From contig NC_020409.1 in NCBI RefSeq assembly GCF_000341895.1, forward strand, positions 90,001-122,000: DNA of 32,000 nt, in the 5' to 3' direction. The translations under genes and the position numbers were made by a program. How positions within the stretch are numbered: position 1 is the first letter of the stretch; each line of letters opens with the position of its first letter. This DNA is from Pseudodesulfovibrio piezophilus C1TLV30 (GTDB taxonomy: Bacteria > Desulfobacterota > Desulfovibrionia > Desulfovibrionales > Desulfovibrionaceae). This document shows, piece after piece, positions 24,581 through 32,000 of this stretch. The notes under the pieces are model-generated. The model did no database searches and was not told the DNA's origin. It worked only from the letters and a program-made list of their open reading frames with translations.

Positions 24581-26116
24581 ATGGCTGAAAGAGTTTATGT
24601 ATTTGATACGACATTGCGTGATGGAGAGCAGTCGCCAGGTGCTACAATGAACCTGGATGAGAAAATCCGGATGGCACGACAGTTAGAAACCCTCGGGGTT
24701 GATATAATTGAAGCTGGTTTTCCTATTGCCAGCCAAGGTGATTTCGAAGCCGTTCAGGCAATTGCCAAGGTGGTTGAGTCGGCGCAGGTTGCTGGATTAT
24801 GTCGCTCTGTAAGCGGTGATATCGATCGATGCTGGGAGGCTATCAAGGAGGCCAACCACCCCCGTATTCATATCTTTTTGGCAACCAGCGAAATTCATAT
24901 GCAGTACAAGCTGGGGAAAACAGCTGATGAAGTTCTTGCCATGGCGGAGAAAGCTGTCAAGCATGCCAAGCAGTATACCGATAATATAGAATTCTCCGCT
25001 GAAGATGCATCTCGTTCAGATTGGGATTTTCTTGTTAAAGTGACGGAAACAGTCATCGAGGCAGGGGCCACTGTCGTCAATATACCTGACACCGTAGGCT
25101 ATACGCAGCCTTTTGAGTATTATGAGATGATCAAATATCTCAAAGACAATGTAAAAAATGTCGATAAGGCTATTATTTCAGTCCATTGTCATAATGATCT
25201 TGGGGCTGCTGTTGCCAATAGTCTGGCGGCTGTCCGTGCTGGAGCCAGACAGGTGGAGTGCACGATTCTTGGTATTGGGGAGCGTGCCGGTAATGCCGCA
25301 CTGGAAGATCTGGTGATGACTCTCAATACCCGCAAGGAGTTGTACGACGTTGAAACAGGAATCAAGACAGAGCAACTTTTCCCTTCATGTCGTCGTCTCT
25401 CTCAAATAATAGGGATGCCAATCCCGCCCAATAAAGCCATTGTGGGAGCGAATGCCTTTGCTCACGAATCTGGTGTGCACCAGGATGGTGTCATCAAGAA
25501 TCGGTTGACCTATGAAATCATGACTCCGGCATCAATTGGGAGAACGAGTAATGATATCGTAATCGGTAAGCATTCTGGCTCCCATGCCGTAAAAAACAAG
25601 GCTATAGAACTTGGATATAGCTTGGATGACGAGCAGGTCATGATTCTTTTCAAAGCCGTTAAAGATCTGGCTGATAAAAAAGAGCATGTGTTTGATGAAG
25701 ATGTCGAAGCCATGATTCTTGAGAGCGTTTACCGCCGTCGAGATCGTTTTCGGTTGATTGATATGTCCGTATTTTCTGGCACAGGAGATGTGCCACCACA
25801 CGCTGCCATGGTCATGGAATTCGGCAGTGAAGGGGATGAGGTTGCTGTCAGGCGAACCAGCGAATTCGGTGAAGGTTCTGTTGACGCCGCGTTCCAGTCC
25901 ATCTACTCCTTGGTAGGGATAGATCCCAAGCTGGAAGTATATACGGTCAATGCAGTGACACAAGGCTCGGATGCTTTGGCCAGTGTCGCTGTCCGCATTG
26001 AGCATGAAGGCGTGAAGGCCGTGGGGCGTGCCAACGATGGAGATGTTGTCAAGGCAAGCGCGCTGGCAATGGTCAACGCTTTGAACAGATTGGAAAAAGC
26101 CAAAGAGGAGAAATAG
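24581..26116 (+). CDS. leuA: 2-isopropylmalate synthase
   Basis: MAERVYVFDTTLRDGEQSPGA, HCHNDLGAAVANSLAAV, and a C-terminal LeuA dimerisation/regulatory domain. GGAGGA lies 6 nt upstream of the ATG at 24581; the ORF-track TTG at 24545 is less likely. Confidence 0.93.
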   Translation: MAERVYVFDTTLRDGEQSPGATMNLDEKIRMARQLETLGVDIIEAGFPIASQGDFEAVQAIAKVVESAQVAGLCRSVSGDIDRCWEAIKEANHPRIHIFLATSEIHMQYKLGKTADEVLAMAEKAVKHAKQYTDNIEFSAEDASRSDWDFLVKVTETVIEAGATVVNIPDTVGYTQPFEYYEMIKYLKDNVKNVDKAIISVHCHNDLGAAVANSLAAVRAGARQVECTILGIGERAGNAALEDLVMTLNTRKELYDVETGIKTEQLFPSCRRLSQIIGMPIPPNKAIVGANAFAHESGVHQDGVIKNRLTYEIMTPASIGRTSNDIVIGKHSGSHAVKNKAIELGYSLDDEQVMILFKAVKDLADKKEHVFDEDVEAMILESVYRRRDRFRLIDMSVFSGTGDVPPHAAMVMEFGSEGDEVAVRRTSEFGEGSVDAAFQSIYSLVGIDPKLEVYTVNAVTQGSDALASVAVRIEHEGVKAVGRANDGDVVKASALAMVNALNRLEKAKEEK

Positions 26117-26119
26117 ACA

Positions 26120-27379
26120 ATGGGTCAGACATTAGCTGAGAAAATTTTACAAAAACATACAGACCAGGTGATCTCTGGTGCCGGGCAAATTGTCCAGTGC
26201 AAGGTTTCCATGGTTTTGGCCAACGATATCACCGCACCGTTGGCAATCAAATCCTTCAAGGCGATGGGAGCACAGGAGGTCTTTGATAAGGATAAGATTT
26301 CTCTGGTGTGTGATCATTTCACGCCCAATAAGGATATTGATTCGGCTGAGCAGGTGAAAGTCGTCCGTGAATTTGCTGAAGAGATGGGCATTACCCATTA
26401 CTATGAATGTGGTGAGGTCGGTGTCGAGCACGCCCTGCTGCCAGAGAAAGGGATTGTTGGGCCGGGCAATGTTGTTATCGGCGCTGATTCTCATACTTGC
26501 ACCTATGGTGGCTTGGGAGCTTTCGCAACAGGTATGGGGTCCACTGATATCAGTGCTGCCATGGCTCTTGGAGAGACCTGGTTCAAGGTTCCCCCGACGA
26601 TCAAAGTCAATTTGACCGGAACCCCAGGCAAGTTTGTCGGTGCCAAGGATTTCGTGCTGAATCAAATAGGACGCCTTGGTGTCTCTGGTGCTCTCTACAA
26701 AGCCTTGGAGTACTCTGGCGAAGTTGTTGATAACATGTCTGTTGAAGGACGTATGACTATCGCCAACATGGCCATTGAAGCAGGTGGAAAGGTCGGTTTG
26801 TTCCCTGTTGATCAAAAGACACTTGATTATGCCGCTACCGCAGGGTTTTCAGGCGGAGAAGCTATGGTAGCCGATCAGGATGCCACCTATGAGCGGGTAC
26901 TTGAGATTGACGTGACCGACATGGCTCCACAGGTCGCTTGTCCGCATCTTCCCGATAATGTCAAGGCTGTCGATGATACCTCCGGGTTGCAGATTCATCA
27001 ATCGATTATTGGTTCTTGTACCAATGGTCGTATTGAAGATATGCGTGAGGCAGCCGCTCTTTTGAAAGGACGCAAAGTCAATTCCAAGGTTCGTTGTATT
27101 ATTTTACCTGCCACTCCGAGCATTTGGAAAGCGTGTATGAAAGAAGGCCTGATGGAAATCTTCATGGATGCCGGATGTATTGTTGGCCCTCCGACTTGTG
27201 GTCCCTGTTTGGGAGGTCACATGGGGATTTTGGCCGGTGGAGAACGTTCCATTGCCACGACCAATCGTAATTTCAAGGGGCGCATGGGGTCTTTGGAGAG
27301 CGAAGTGTTTTTGTCCAATCCCTCCGTTGCAGCCGCAAGTGCTGTTGCCGGAGAAATCATCAATCCTGCCAAACTGTAG
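26120..27379 (+). CDS. leuC: 3-isopropylmalate dehydratase large subunit
   Basis: 419-aa aconitase-family protein with DHFTPNKD, GADSHTCTYG and GSCTNGRIEDM Fe-S ligand motifs. The start lies 3 nt after the leuA stop. Confidence 0.92.
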   Translation: MGQTLAEKILQKHTDQVISGAGQIVQCKVSMVLANDITAPLAIKSFKAMGAQEVFDKDKISLVCDHFTPNKDIDSAEQVKVVREFAEEMGITHYYECGEVGVEHALLPEKGIVGPGNVVIGADSHTCTYGGLGAFATGMGSTDISAAMALGETWFKVPPTIKVNLTGTPGKFVGAKDFVLNQIGRLGVSGALYKALEYSGEVVDNMSVEGRMTIANMAIEAGGKVGLFPVDQKTLDYAATAGFSGGEAMVADQDATYERVLEIDVTDMAPQVACPHLPDNVKAVDDTSGLQIHQSIIGSCTNGRIEDMREAAALLKGRKVNSKVRCIILPATPSIWKACMKEGLMEIFMDAGCIVGPPTCGPCLGGHMGILAGGERSIATTNRNFKGRMGSLESEVFLSNPSVAAASAVAGEIINPAKL

Positions 27380-27391
27380 GAGATACAGATA

Positions 27392-27883
27392 ATGAAAGTT
27401 GCTGGAACCGCTCATAAGGTGGGCGATCATATAGATACGGATGCAATCATTCCTGCTCGTTTTTTGGTAACCACTGATGCCAAAGAACTCGGTGCCAACT
27501 GCATGGAAGGGCTTGAAGCTGGTTGGGTTAAACGAGTCAAGGACAATGACGTGATGGTAGGAGGGGAGAATTTTGGGTGTGGCTCTTCTCGTGAACATGC
27601 TCCAATATCAATCCTGGGTGCGGGGATTCCTGTTGTTATTGCTCAGTCATTTGCCCGGATTTTCTATCGCAATGGTTTTAATATGGGACTGGTACTGCTT
27701 GAGATCGGTGACGATATCAAGAAAATCGGTGATACAGATCAAATAGAAGTCGATACTGCGACCGGTTCCATAAAAAACTTGACGACGGGGGAGACGATTC
27801 AGGCTGCTGCCGTTCCTCCTTTCATGCAGGAAATTCTGGATGCTGGTGGATTGGTAGAATATGCAAAAAAGAAATTAGGCTAA
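27392..27883 (+). CDS. leuD: 3-isopropylmalate dehydratase small subunit
   Basis: 163-aa aconitase swivel domain with [14 protein letters not shown], positioned between leuC and leuB. Confidence 0.92.
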   Translation: MKVAGTAHKVGDHIDTDAIIPARFLVTTDAKELGANCMEGLEAGWVKRVKDNDVMVGGENFGCGSSREHAPISILGAGIPVVIAQSFARIFYRNGFNMGLVLLEIGDDIKKIGDTDQIEVDTATGSIKNLTTGETIQAAAVPPFMQEILDAGGLVEYAKKKLG

Positions 27884-27938
27884 TTTCCGATCACACTGCG
27901 GGATTGTAGAAGAGAGATAGAAATAATTGGAGAGAGAA

Positions 27939-29006
27939 ATGAAGATTTGTGTACTTCCCGGTGACGGGATAGGCCAGGAGATAGTGGATCAGGCGCTCCG
28001 CGTACTGGAGAAAGTCGGTGAAAAATTCGGGCAAACATTTGAAACGACCGAAGCCCTTATTGGCGGGTGTGCCATTGATGCAGAAGGTGTTCCTCTTCCT
28101 GCGGAAACCATTGCCAAATGCAAGGATGCCGATGCTGTTTTGCTGGGAGCTGTCGGTGGTCCCAAATGGGATACCATCGATCCTGCCATTCGTCCCGAAA
28201 AGGGGCTTTTGGGTATTCGCAAGGAACTCAATCTGTTCGCAAATTTGCGCCCGGCCAATTTGTTCAAGCAGTTGGCTGATGCTTGTTACCTGCGTCCCGA
28301 TATCGTGGCCAGGGGGCTTGATGTCATGGTTGTTCGAGAACTGACCGGTGGTATTTATTTTGGTGAGCCTCGCTTTGACGGCGAAAAAGATGGCGAGCGT
28401 TTTGGGTATAATACCATGACGTATTATGAACATGAAATTCGTCGTATTGCGAAAGTTGCTTTTGAGGCTGCCCGCAAGCGTTCCGGCCGGGTCTGTTCTG
28501 TGGATAAAGCCAATGTTCTTGATGTCTCACGTGTCTGGCGTGAAATTGTCATTGATGAACATAAGAACTACTCAGATGTTGAGTTGTCACATATGTACGT
28601 GGATAATGCTGCTATGCAGCTTGTTCGTGACCCTTCGCAATTTGATGTGATTGTGACAGGCAATCTTTTTGGTGATATCCTTTCTGATGCTGCCGCTGCC
28701 ATTACTGGTTCAATCGGTATGCTTCCATCTGCATCCCTCGGTGAAGGCAATCCTGGTATATTTGAACCTATTCATGGGTCTGCACCGGATATTGCAGGGC
28801 AGGATAAAGCTAATCCCTTGGCAACGATTCTGTCTGTCGCAATGATGTTACGGCATGCTTTTGATATGACAGATGAAGCTGATTGCATTGAACAGGCAGT
28901 TGAGAAAACCCTGGAGCAGGGGTATCGTACAGGCGACATCTGGCAGGAAGGCGGCAAAGCTGTTGGCTGTGTCGAAATGGGGAATGCTGTTTTGGAAAAT
29001 CTTTAA
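27939..29006 (+). CDS. leuB: 3-isopropylmalate dehydrogenase
   Basis: [34 protein letters not shown] and [12 protein letters not shown]. The ATG at 27939 is preceded by GGAGAGAG; the ORF-track TTG at 27927 is less likely. Confidence 0.93.
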   Translation: MKICVLPGDGIGQEIVDQALRVLEKVGEKFGQTFETTEALIGGCAIDAEGVPLPAETIAKCKDADAVLLGAVGGPKWDTIDPAIRPEKGLLGIRKELNLFANLRPANLFKQLADACYLRPDIVARGLDVMVVRELTGGIYFGEPRFDGEKDGERFGYNTMTYYEHEIRRIAKVAFEAARKRSGRVCSVDKANVLDVSRVWREIVIDEHKNYSDVELSHMYVDNAAMQLVRDPSQFDVIVTGNLFGDILSDAAAAITGSIGMLPSASLGEGNPGIFEPIHGSAPDIAGQDKANPLATILSVAMMLRHAFDMTDEADCIEQAVEKTLEQGYRTGDIWQEGGKAVGCVEMGNAVLENL

Positions 29007-29015
29007 ATTACTTCT

Positions 29016-29047
29016 CCCCCTGATCCTCTTTAATGGTGGTCAGGGGG
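29016..29047 (+). other. Stem-loop immediately after leuB, with no U-tract
   Basis: Stem CCCCCTGA (29016-29023) / TCAGGGGG (29040-29047), extendable by 2 bp, with a loop of about 12 nt. It is followed by GATTGTGAA. Confidence 0.4.
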
Positions 29048-29082
29048 ATTGTGAATGCCTTCTTTGAGTTGGCAATGAAAAG

Positions 29083-29127
29083 AGCAAAACCACTTGGAGA
29101 ATCCCCCAATGGTTTTGCTTTATTGTT
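29083..29127. terminator. Bidirectional terminator between leuB (+) and the 155-aa gene (-)
   Basis: Perfect 10-bp stem AGCAAAACCA (29083-29092) / TGGTTTTGCT (29110-29119) with additional inner TTGG/CCAA pairing. TTTATTGTT follows on +, and CTTTTC follows on -. Confidence 0.75.
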
Positions 29128-29138
29128 GAGTGTCTTTA

Positions 29139-29606
29139 TTAATTCAACTCAAAAGAGTTCGTTGTAACTCGATTGATTTTGATGGCTTTTTTTGCGGTTT
29201 CAAGGTCAATGAAACCAAGAGCCAGACAGGAACCCAAGTAGTCCATTTGCATGACGTTTATTTTACCGAGTACCTTGGCATTCTGTTCGCGCGTGATCTT
29301 GCCTTCCTGAATCAAATATCGTCCTATTTTCACATTTTCATCGACATCATTCAGATCAAGTTCATTTGCTGAAATGGTGGTAATGCCAGCCTGATTTTTT
29401 CTCAGAGCTGCAAGGGCTTGTTCTTTTTCAGTAATTTCTATGCGCAGCTGTATTCGTTGTTTACGCAACTGCTCGTATTGCTGGTATTTTCTGAGTTTTT
29501 GCAATTCAAGCTTTTTTATTCGTCTGGCACGGTTTGTCGAGATAGAGTTGATTATGAAAAAGAGACAGATGGCCGCAATGACGAAGATAAGTATGGGTAT
29601 CAACAT
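29139..29606 (-). CDS. Bitopic membrane protein (155 aa): N-terminal TM helix, coiled coil, and a C-terminal GspE/PilB-N-terminal-like (T2SSE_N / MshEN-like) module
   Basis: MLIPILIFVIAAICLFFIINSI is followed by RARRIKK (positive-inside rule). A heptad-rich region LELQKLRKYQQYEQLRKQRIQLRIEITEKEQALAAL follows. IGRYLIQEGKITREQNAKVL...YLGSCLALGFIDLETAKKAI resembles the LGxxLvxxGlItxeQl repeat of T2SSE_N domains. Confidence 0.6.
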   Translation of the reverse strand: MLIPILIFVIAAICLFFIINSISTNRARRIKKLELQKLRKYQQYEQLRKQRIQLRIEITEKEQALAALRKNQAGITTISANELDLNDVDENVKIGRYLIQEGKITREQNAKVLGKINVMQMDYLGSCLALGFIDLETAKKAIKINRVTTNSFELN

Positions 29607-29614
29607 GGTTGGAA

Positions 29615-29848
29615 TTAAACCTTCAACGATTCGATTTCTTCGTCCAATTGTTCTTTCTTTTCTTTCAGGGTAGCAATCTCAGCTTCGATAATTGCAATTT
29701 TTTGTGTCGTTTTTGCCGTATACGCTTCAACTTCGCCTTTTTTGCGTCTGACCTTATCGGTATTTGCATGGTAGTGGATAATAATGGTGGCGACAAAGAG
29801 GAATGCTGCCATGGTAAGTATGAGGTAAAATGTACTGGTATCAAGCAT
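29615..29848 (-). CDS. Small bitopic membrane / coiled-coil protein (77 aa)
   Basis: The internal ATG at 29848 was chosen (MLDTSTFYLILTMAAFLFVATIIIHYHA, then KVRRKKGEVEAY...IAIIEAEIATLKEKKEQLDEEIESLKV). The stop lies 8 nt before the start of the 155-aa gene. The longer ORF-track form (to 30076) would overlap the GIY-YIG gene. Confidence 0.5.
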   Translation of the reverse strand: MLDTSTFYLILTMAAFLFVATIIIHYHANTDKVRRKKGEVEAYTAKTTQKIAIIEAEIATLKEKKEQLDEEIESLKV

Positions 29849-29921
29849 GGTGTGATCATAGGGATAAAGTCGATTTCGAAGAAAGAATATTTTTAAGATG
29901 CATACTATAAATACCTGATAA

Positions 29922-30227
29922 TTATAGATTTTGCAAGGTTGTAAGCTCTTCCTCAAGATCAGGCCCTGCTTTTGCCTTACCTTGGGATTCAAGAAACCAT
30001 ATCTTCTGGGATCGTGGCTGTTTTTTGACTTTGATTTCGAGCTTGAGGGCCGTGCTTTTATCCGCAACATCCACACTGCTGATCAATTCGACCGGAGTTC
30101 GAGAGCGGGTATATTTGGAAGCTGTGCCTGAGTTGTGTTGGGCAAGTCGACGTTGGAGATTGTTCGTAATGCCACAATAAAGCGTCTCATCAGAACACTT
30201 CAGAAGATAAACGGACCATTTTTGCAT
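29922..30227 (-). CDS. GIY-YIG domain protein (UPF0213 / small stand-alone nuclease-like family)
   Basis: WSVYLLKCSDETLYCGITNNLQRRLAQHNSG contains the GIY...YIG-type beta hairpin and the conserved R. Length 101 aa. Confidence 0.8.
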   Translation of the reverse strand: MQKWSVYLLKCSDETLYCGITNNLQRRLAQHNSGTASKYTRSRTPVELISSVDVADKSTALKLEIKVKKQPRSQKIWFLESQGKAKAGPDLEEELTTLQNL

Positions 30228-30340
30228 TGGCTGACTCTAACGGGAAGTTTTCATGTGGTCAAAGCCTCGATATCGCGAAGCTTGCATAATGGCGGTGACC
30301 ATTATATCCACTGTGCTCAACGAAAAAGGAATCTTTCATT

Positions 30341-32000
30341 ATGTCCCGAATTACTGTCCAAAGTCTTGGTAAATCCTACGGAGGCGAATCTGTCTTTTCA
30401 GATGTCGCTTTCGAGGTCACCCCAGGTATGCGTCTTGCCCTTACCGGCCCTAACGGGTGCGGAAAGAGTACCTTGCTCAAGATTCTCGCCGGGGAGATCG
30501 AACAGGATGAAGGGCAAGTGACGGTTTCCCGAACAGCGCGGGTTGGGTATGTCGAGCAGGAGATGAAAGGCGATGTTCTTGCCGAAACCCTTTTGTCATG
30601 GGTTTTGTCGGCATTGCCGTCGTGGAACTCCTTCTGGAAGGATTGGGAGATGGCTGTCGCTGCTGATGACGGTAATCGTATCGAGAAATTGGCACATCGG
30701 CAGGCTGAGTTCGAGGAATTGTACGGGTATAATCCCGACCATAAAGCCAGAGCCATATTGAGTGGGTTGGGGTTTGCTGATGAAGATTTGCTCAAAACAC
30801 TTGGTGAGCTTTCGGGTGGGTGGCGAGAACGGGCAAAGCTTGGGAGGGTCCTGTTGCAGGGAGCCGATATCCTGCTTCTTGATGAACCGACCAACCATTT
30901 GGATTTGGAAGCAGTCGAGTGGCTTGAAGAATATCTTTTGAATTTTCGGGGAGCCTTGGCTTTTGTTGTCCATGATCGGATATTCCTTAACCGTGTAGCA
31001 ACGCATGTTGTTTTTCTTGGTGCGGGGAAACCGGTTTTAAGGCGGGGAAATTTTGATGATTTTCTTGCTTGGGATGCGGAAAATGCAGATCAGCGAGCCA
31101 AAGAAGCTGCCAAGCTTTCCGCTCGGATTGAAAATGAGTACAAATATATCAACAAATTTCGAGTGAAAGCTCGTAAGGCAGCTCAAGCTCAAAGTAAGCT
31201 CAAGAAAGTTGAGAAGCTTGAACAGGAATTGAATCAGATAAAAGAGGTACAAGCGACTTCCCACCGAGGGAAAAGCCTCAATTTTCGTCTCCCTGCTCCG
31301 AAGCGTGGCGATAAGGTTCCAGTTGCCGCTGTTGATCTTGAGTTTGCTTATGAGGGAGAAAACTCTGTCTGGCCAAAGCTCAATTTTCAGCTCTTCAGGG
31401 GCAAGAAGATTGCTCTTGTGGCTCCTAATGGGGCGGGGAAGTCTACGCTCCTCAAGCTGATTATGGGGGATTTGCAACCATATGCAGGGCATACCAAGAT
31501 TGGTAATGGGACAGAGGTCGGGTATTTCAGTCAGCACCAGCACGAAATCTTGAATCTTGGTAATACGGTCATCAGTGAGATTCGACGTCTGTCGGACCCC
31601 GGTTTGACAGAAGAGCAGGTCATGAGTGTACTTGGGCTGTTTCTTCTTGGAGAGGCTTTTTTTGAAAGAAAAGTTCAAGCGCTTTCAGGTGGAGAAAAAA
31701 GTCGTCTCCTTTTAGCAACTCTTTTTTTGGCTCGTGCAAATTTTCTTATTCTTGATGAGCCAACCAACCATCTTGATATTGAGACTCGAGAGGGTTTGAT
31801 TCGTGCGCTTAAGGATTATGAAGGCACGTTACTTTTTGTCGCTCACGATCGTTACTTGCTCAATGAAGTTGCCGAAGAGGTCTGGTCTCTTGAAGAGACA
31901 GGTATTACACAGTATCTTGGAGGCTTTGAAGGATTTTACGCAAAGCGTAAACAGGAAGAAGCATGCAAGGCCGGAGTTGCCTCCTGTAAGCCTGAAGAAA
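30341..32000 (+). CDS. ABC-F family ATPase (two ABC cassettes, no TM domain), 3'-truncated by the window edge
   Basis: My own translation from the ATG at 30341 gives MSRITVQSLGKSYGGESVFSDVAFEVTPGMRLALTGPNGCGKSTLLK (Walker A 1), LSGGWRERAKLGRVLLQGADILLLDEPTNHLD, a charged inter-domain linker, IALVAPNGAGKSTLLKL (Walker A 2) and LSGGEKSRLLLATLFLARANFLILDEPTNHLD. The frame is open to position 32000, so the gene is absent from the ORF track. Confidence 0.9.
   Translation, partial: MSRITVQSLGKSYGGESVFSDVAFEVTPGMRLALTGPNGCGKSTLLKILAGEIEQDEGQVTVSRTARVGYVEQEMKGDVLAETLLSWVLSALPSWNSFWKDWEMAVAADDGNRIEKLAHRQAEFEELYGYNPDHKARAILSGLGFADEDLLKTLGELSGGWRERAKLGRVLLQGADILLLDEPTNHLDLEAVEWLEEYLLNFRGALAFVVHDRIFLNRVATHVVFLGAGKPVLRRGNFDDFLAWDAENADQRAKEAAKLSARIENEYKYINKFRVKARKAAQAQSKLKKVEKLEQELNQIKEVQATSHRGKSLNFRLPAPKRGDKVPVAAVDLEFAYEGENSVWPKLNFQLFRGKKIALVAPNGAGKSTLLKLIMGDLQPYAGHTKIGNGTEVGYFSQHQHEILNLGNTVISEIRRLSDPGLTEEQVMSVLGLFLLGEAFFERKVQALSGGEKSRLLLATLFLARANFLILDEPTNHLDIETREGLIRALKDYEGTLLFVAHDRYLLNEVAEEVWSLEETGITQYLGGFEGFYAKRKQEEACKAGVASCKPEE

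Noticed and set aside
25532-28433. Long antisense ORFs within the leu operon (25532-26005, 26147-26815, 27104-27598 and 27891-28433).
   Set aside because: They lie opposite highly conserved leuA/C/D/B reading frames and have no independent signals. They are typical shadow ORFs.
30376-31678. Minus-strand ORFs of 172, 136 and 213 aa (30376-30894, 30596-31006 and 31037-31678).
   Set aside because: They are antisense to an ABC-F ATPase gene that has unmistakable Walker A, signature and Walker B motifs in both cassettes. They are low-complexity and carry no motifs. The true gene is missing from the track only because it has no stop within the window.

Overview
This 32-kb window looks like ordinary chromosomal backbone, roughly mid-GC by eye. 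By inference only, the gene content and order (psd-pssA-leuACDB, dksA next to an NFACT gene, a sigma-54 promoter, a MogA fusion) suggest a Desulfovibrio-like sulfate reducer (Desulfobacterota); I cannot run a search to confirm this. I support about 33 protein-coding genes, including one truncated ABC-F gene at the right edge. I also support 5 tRNAs: tRNA-Leu(UAA), and a Gly-Cys-Gly-Gly array with three identical tRNA-Gly(GCC) copies. Several clear intrinsic terminators and a near-consensus sigma-54 promoter are present. I found no rRNA, CRISPR array, transposase, integrase, phage module or recognisable defence, toxin-antitoxin or secretion cluster. Most of the window is housekeeping: rfbA, gpmA, mutY, dksA, psd, pssA, leuA/C/D/B, a TolC-like protein, an MltB-like protein and glycosyltransferases. 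No clearly novel multi-gene system is evident. The leads most worth a second look are listed here. (1) A minus-strand string at 517-4360: an RdgC homologue split into two translationally coupled ORFs, an SGNH hydrolase, an orphan YcaO with an unknown N-terminal domain, and an unassigned ~180-nt tail holding a 34-aa ORF that ends at a strong terminator. (2) An 883-aa membrane-anchored TPR protein carrying a canonical retroviral-type CCHC zinc knuckle. (3) A sigma-54 promoter in front of a 327-aa unknown protein with a lysozyme-like motif. (4) An AT-richer islet between leuB and the ABC-F gene, encoding two bitopic coiled-coil proteins and a small GIY-YIG protein. (5) Two different perfect 15-bp palindromes upstream of leuA. 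All functional calls rest on motifs read by eye from the ORF track, and start codons are often uncertain.
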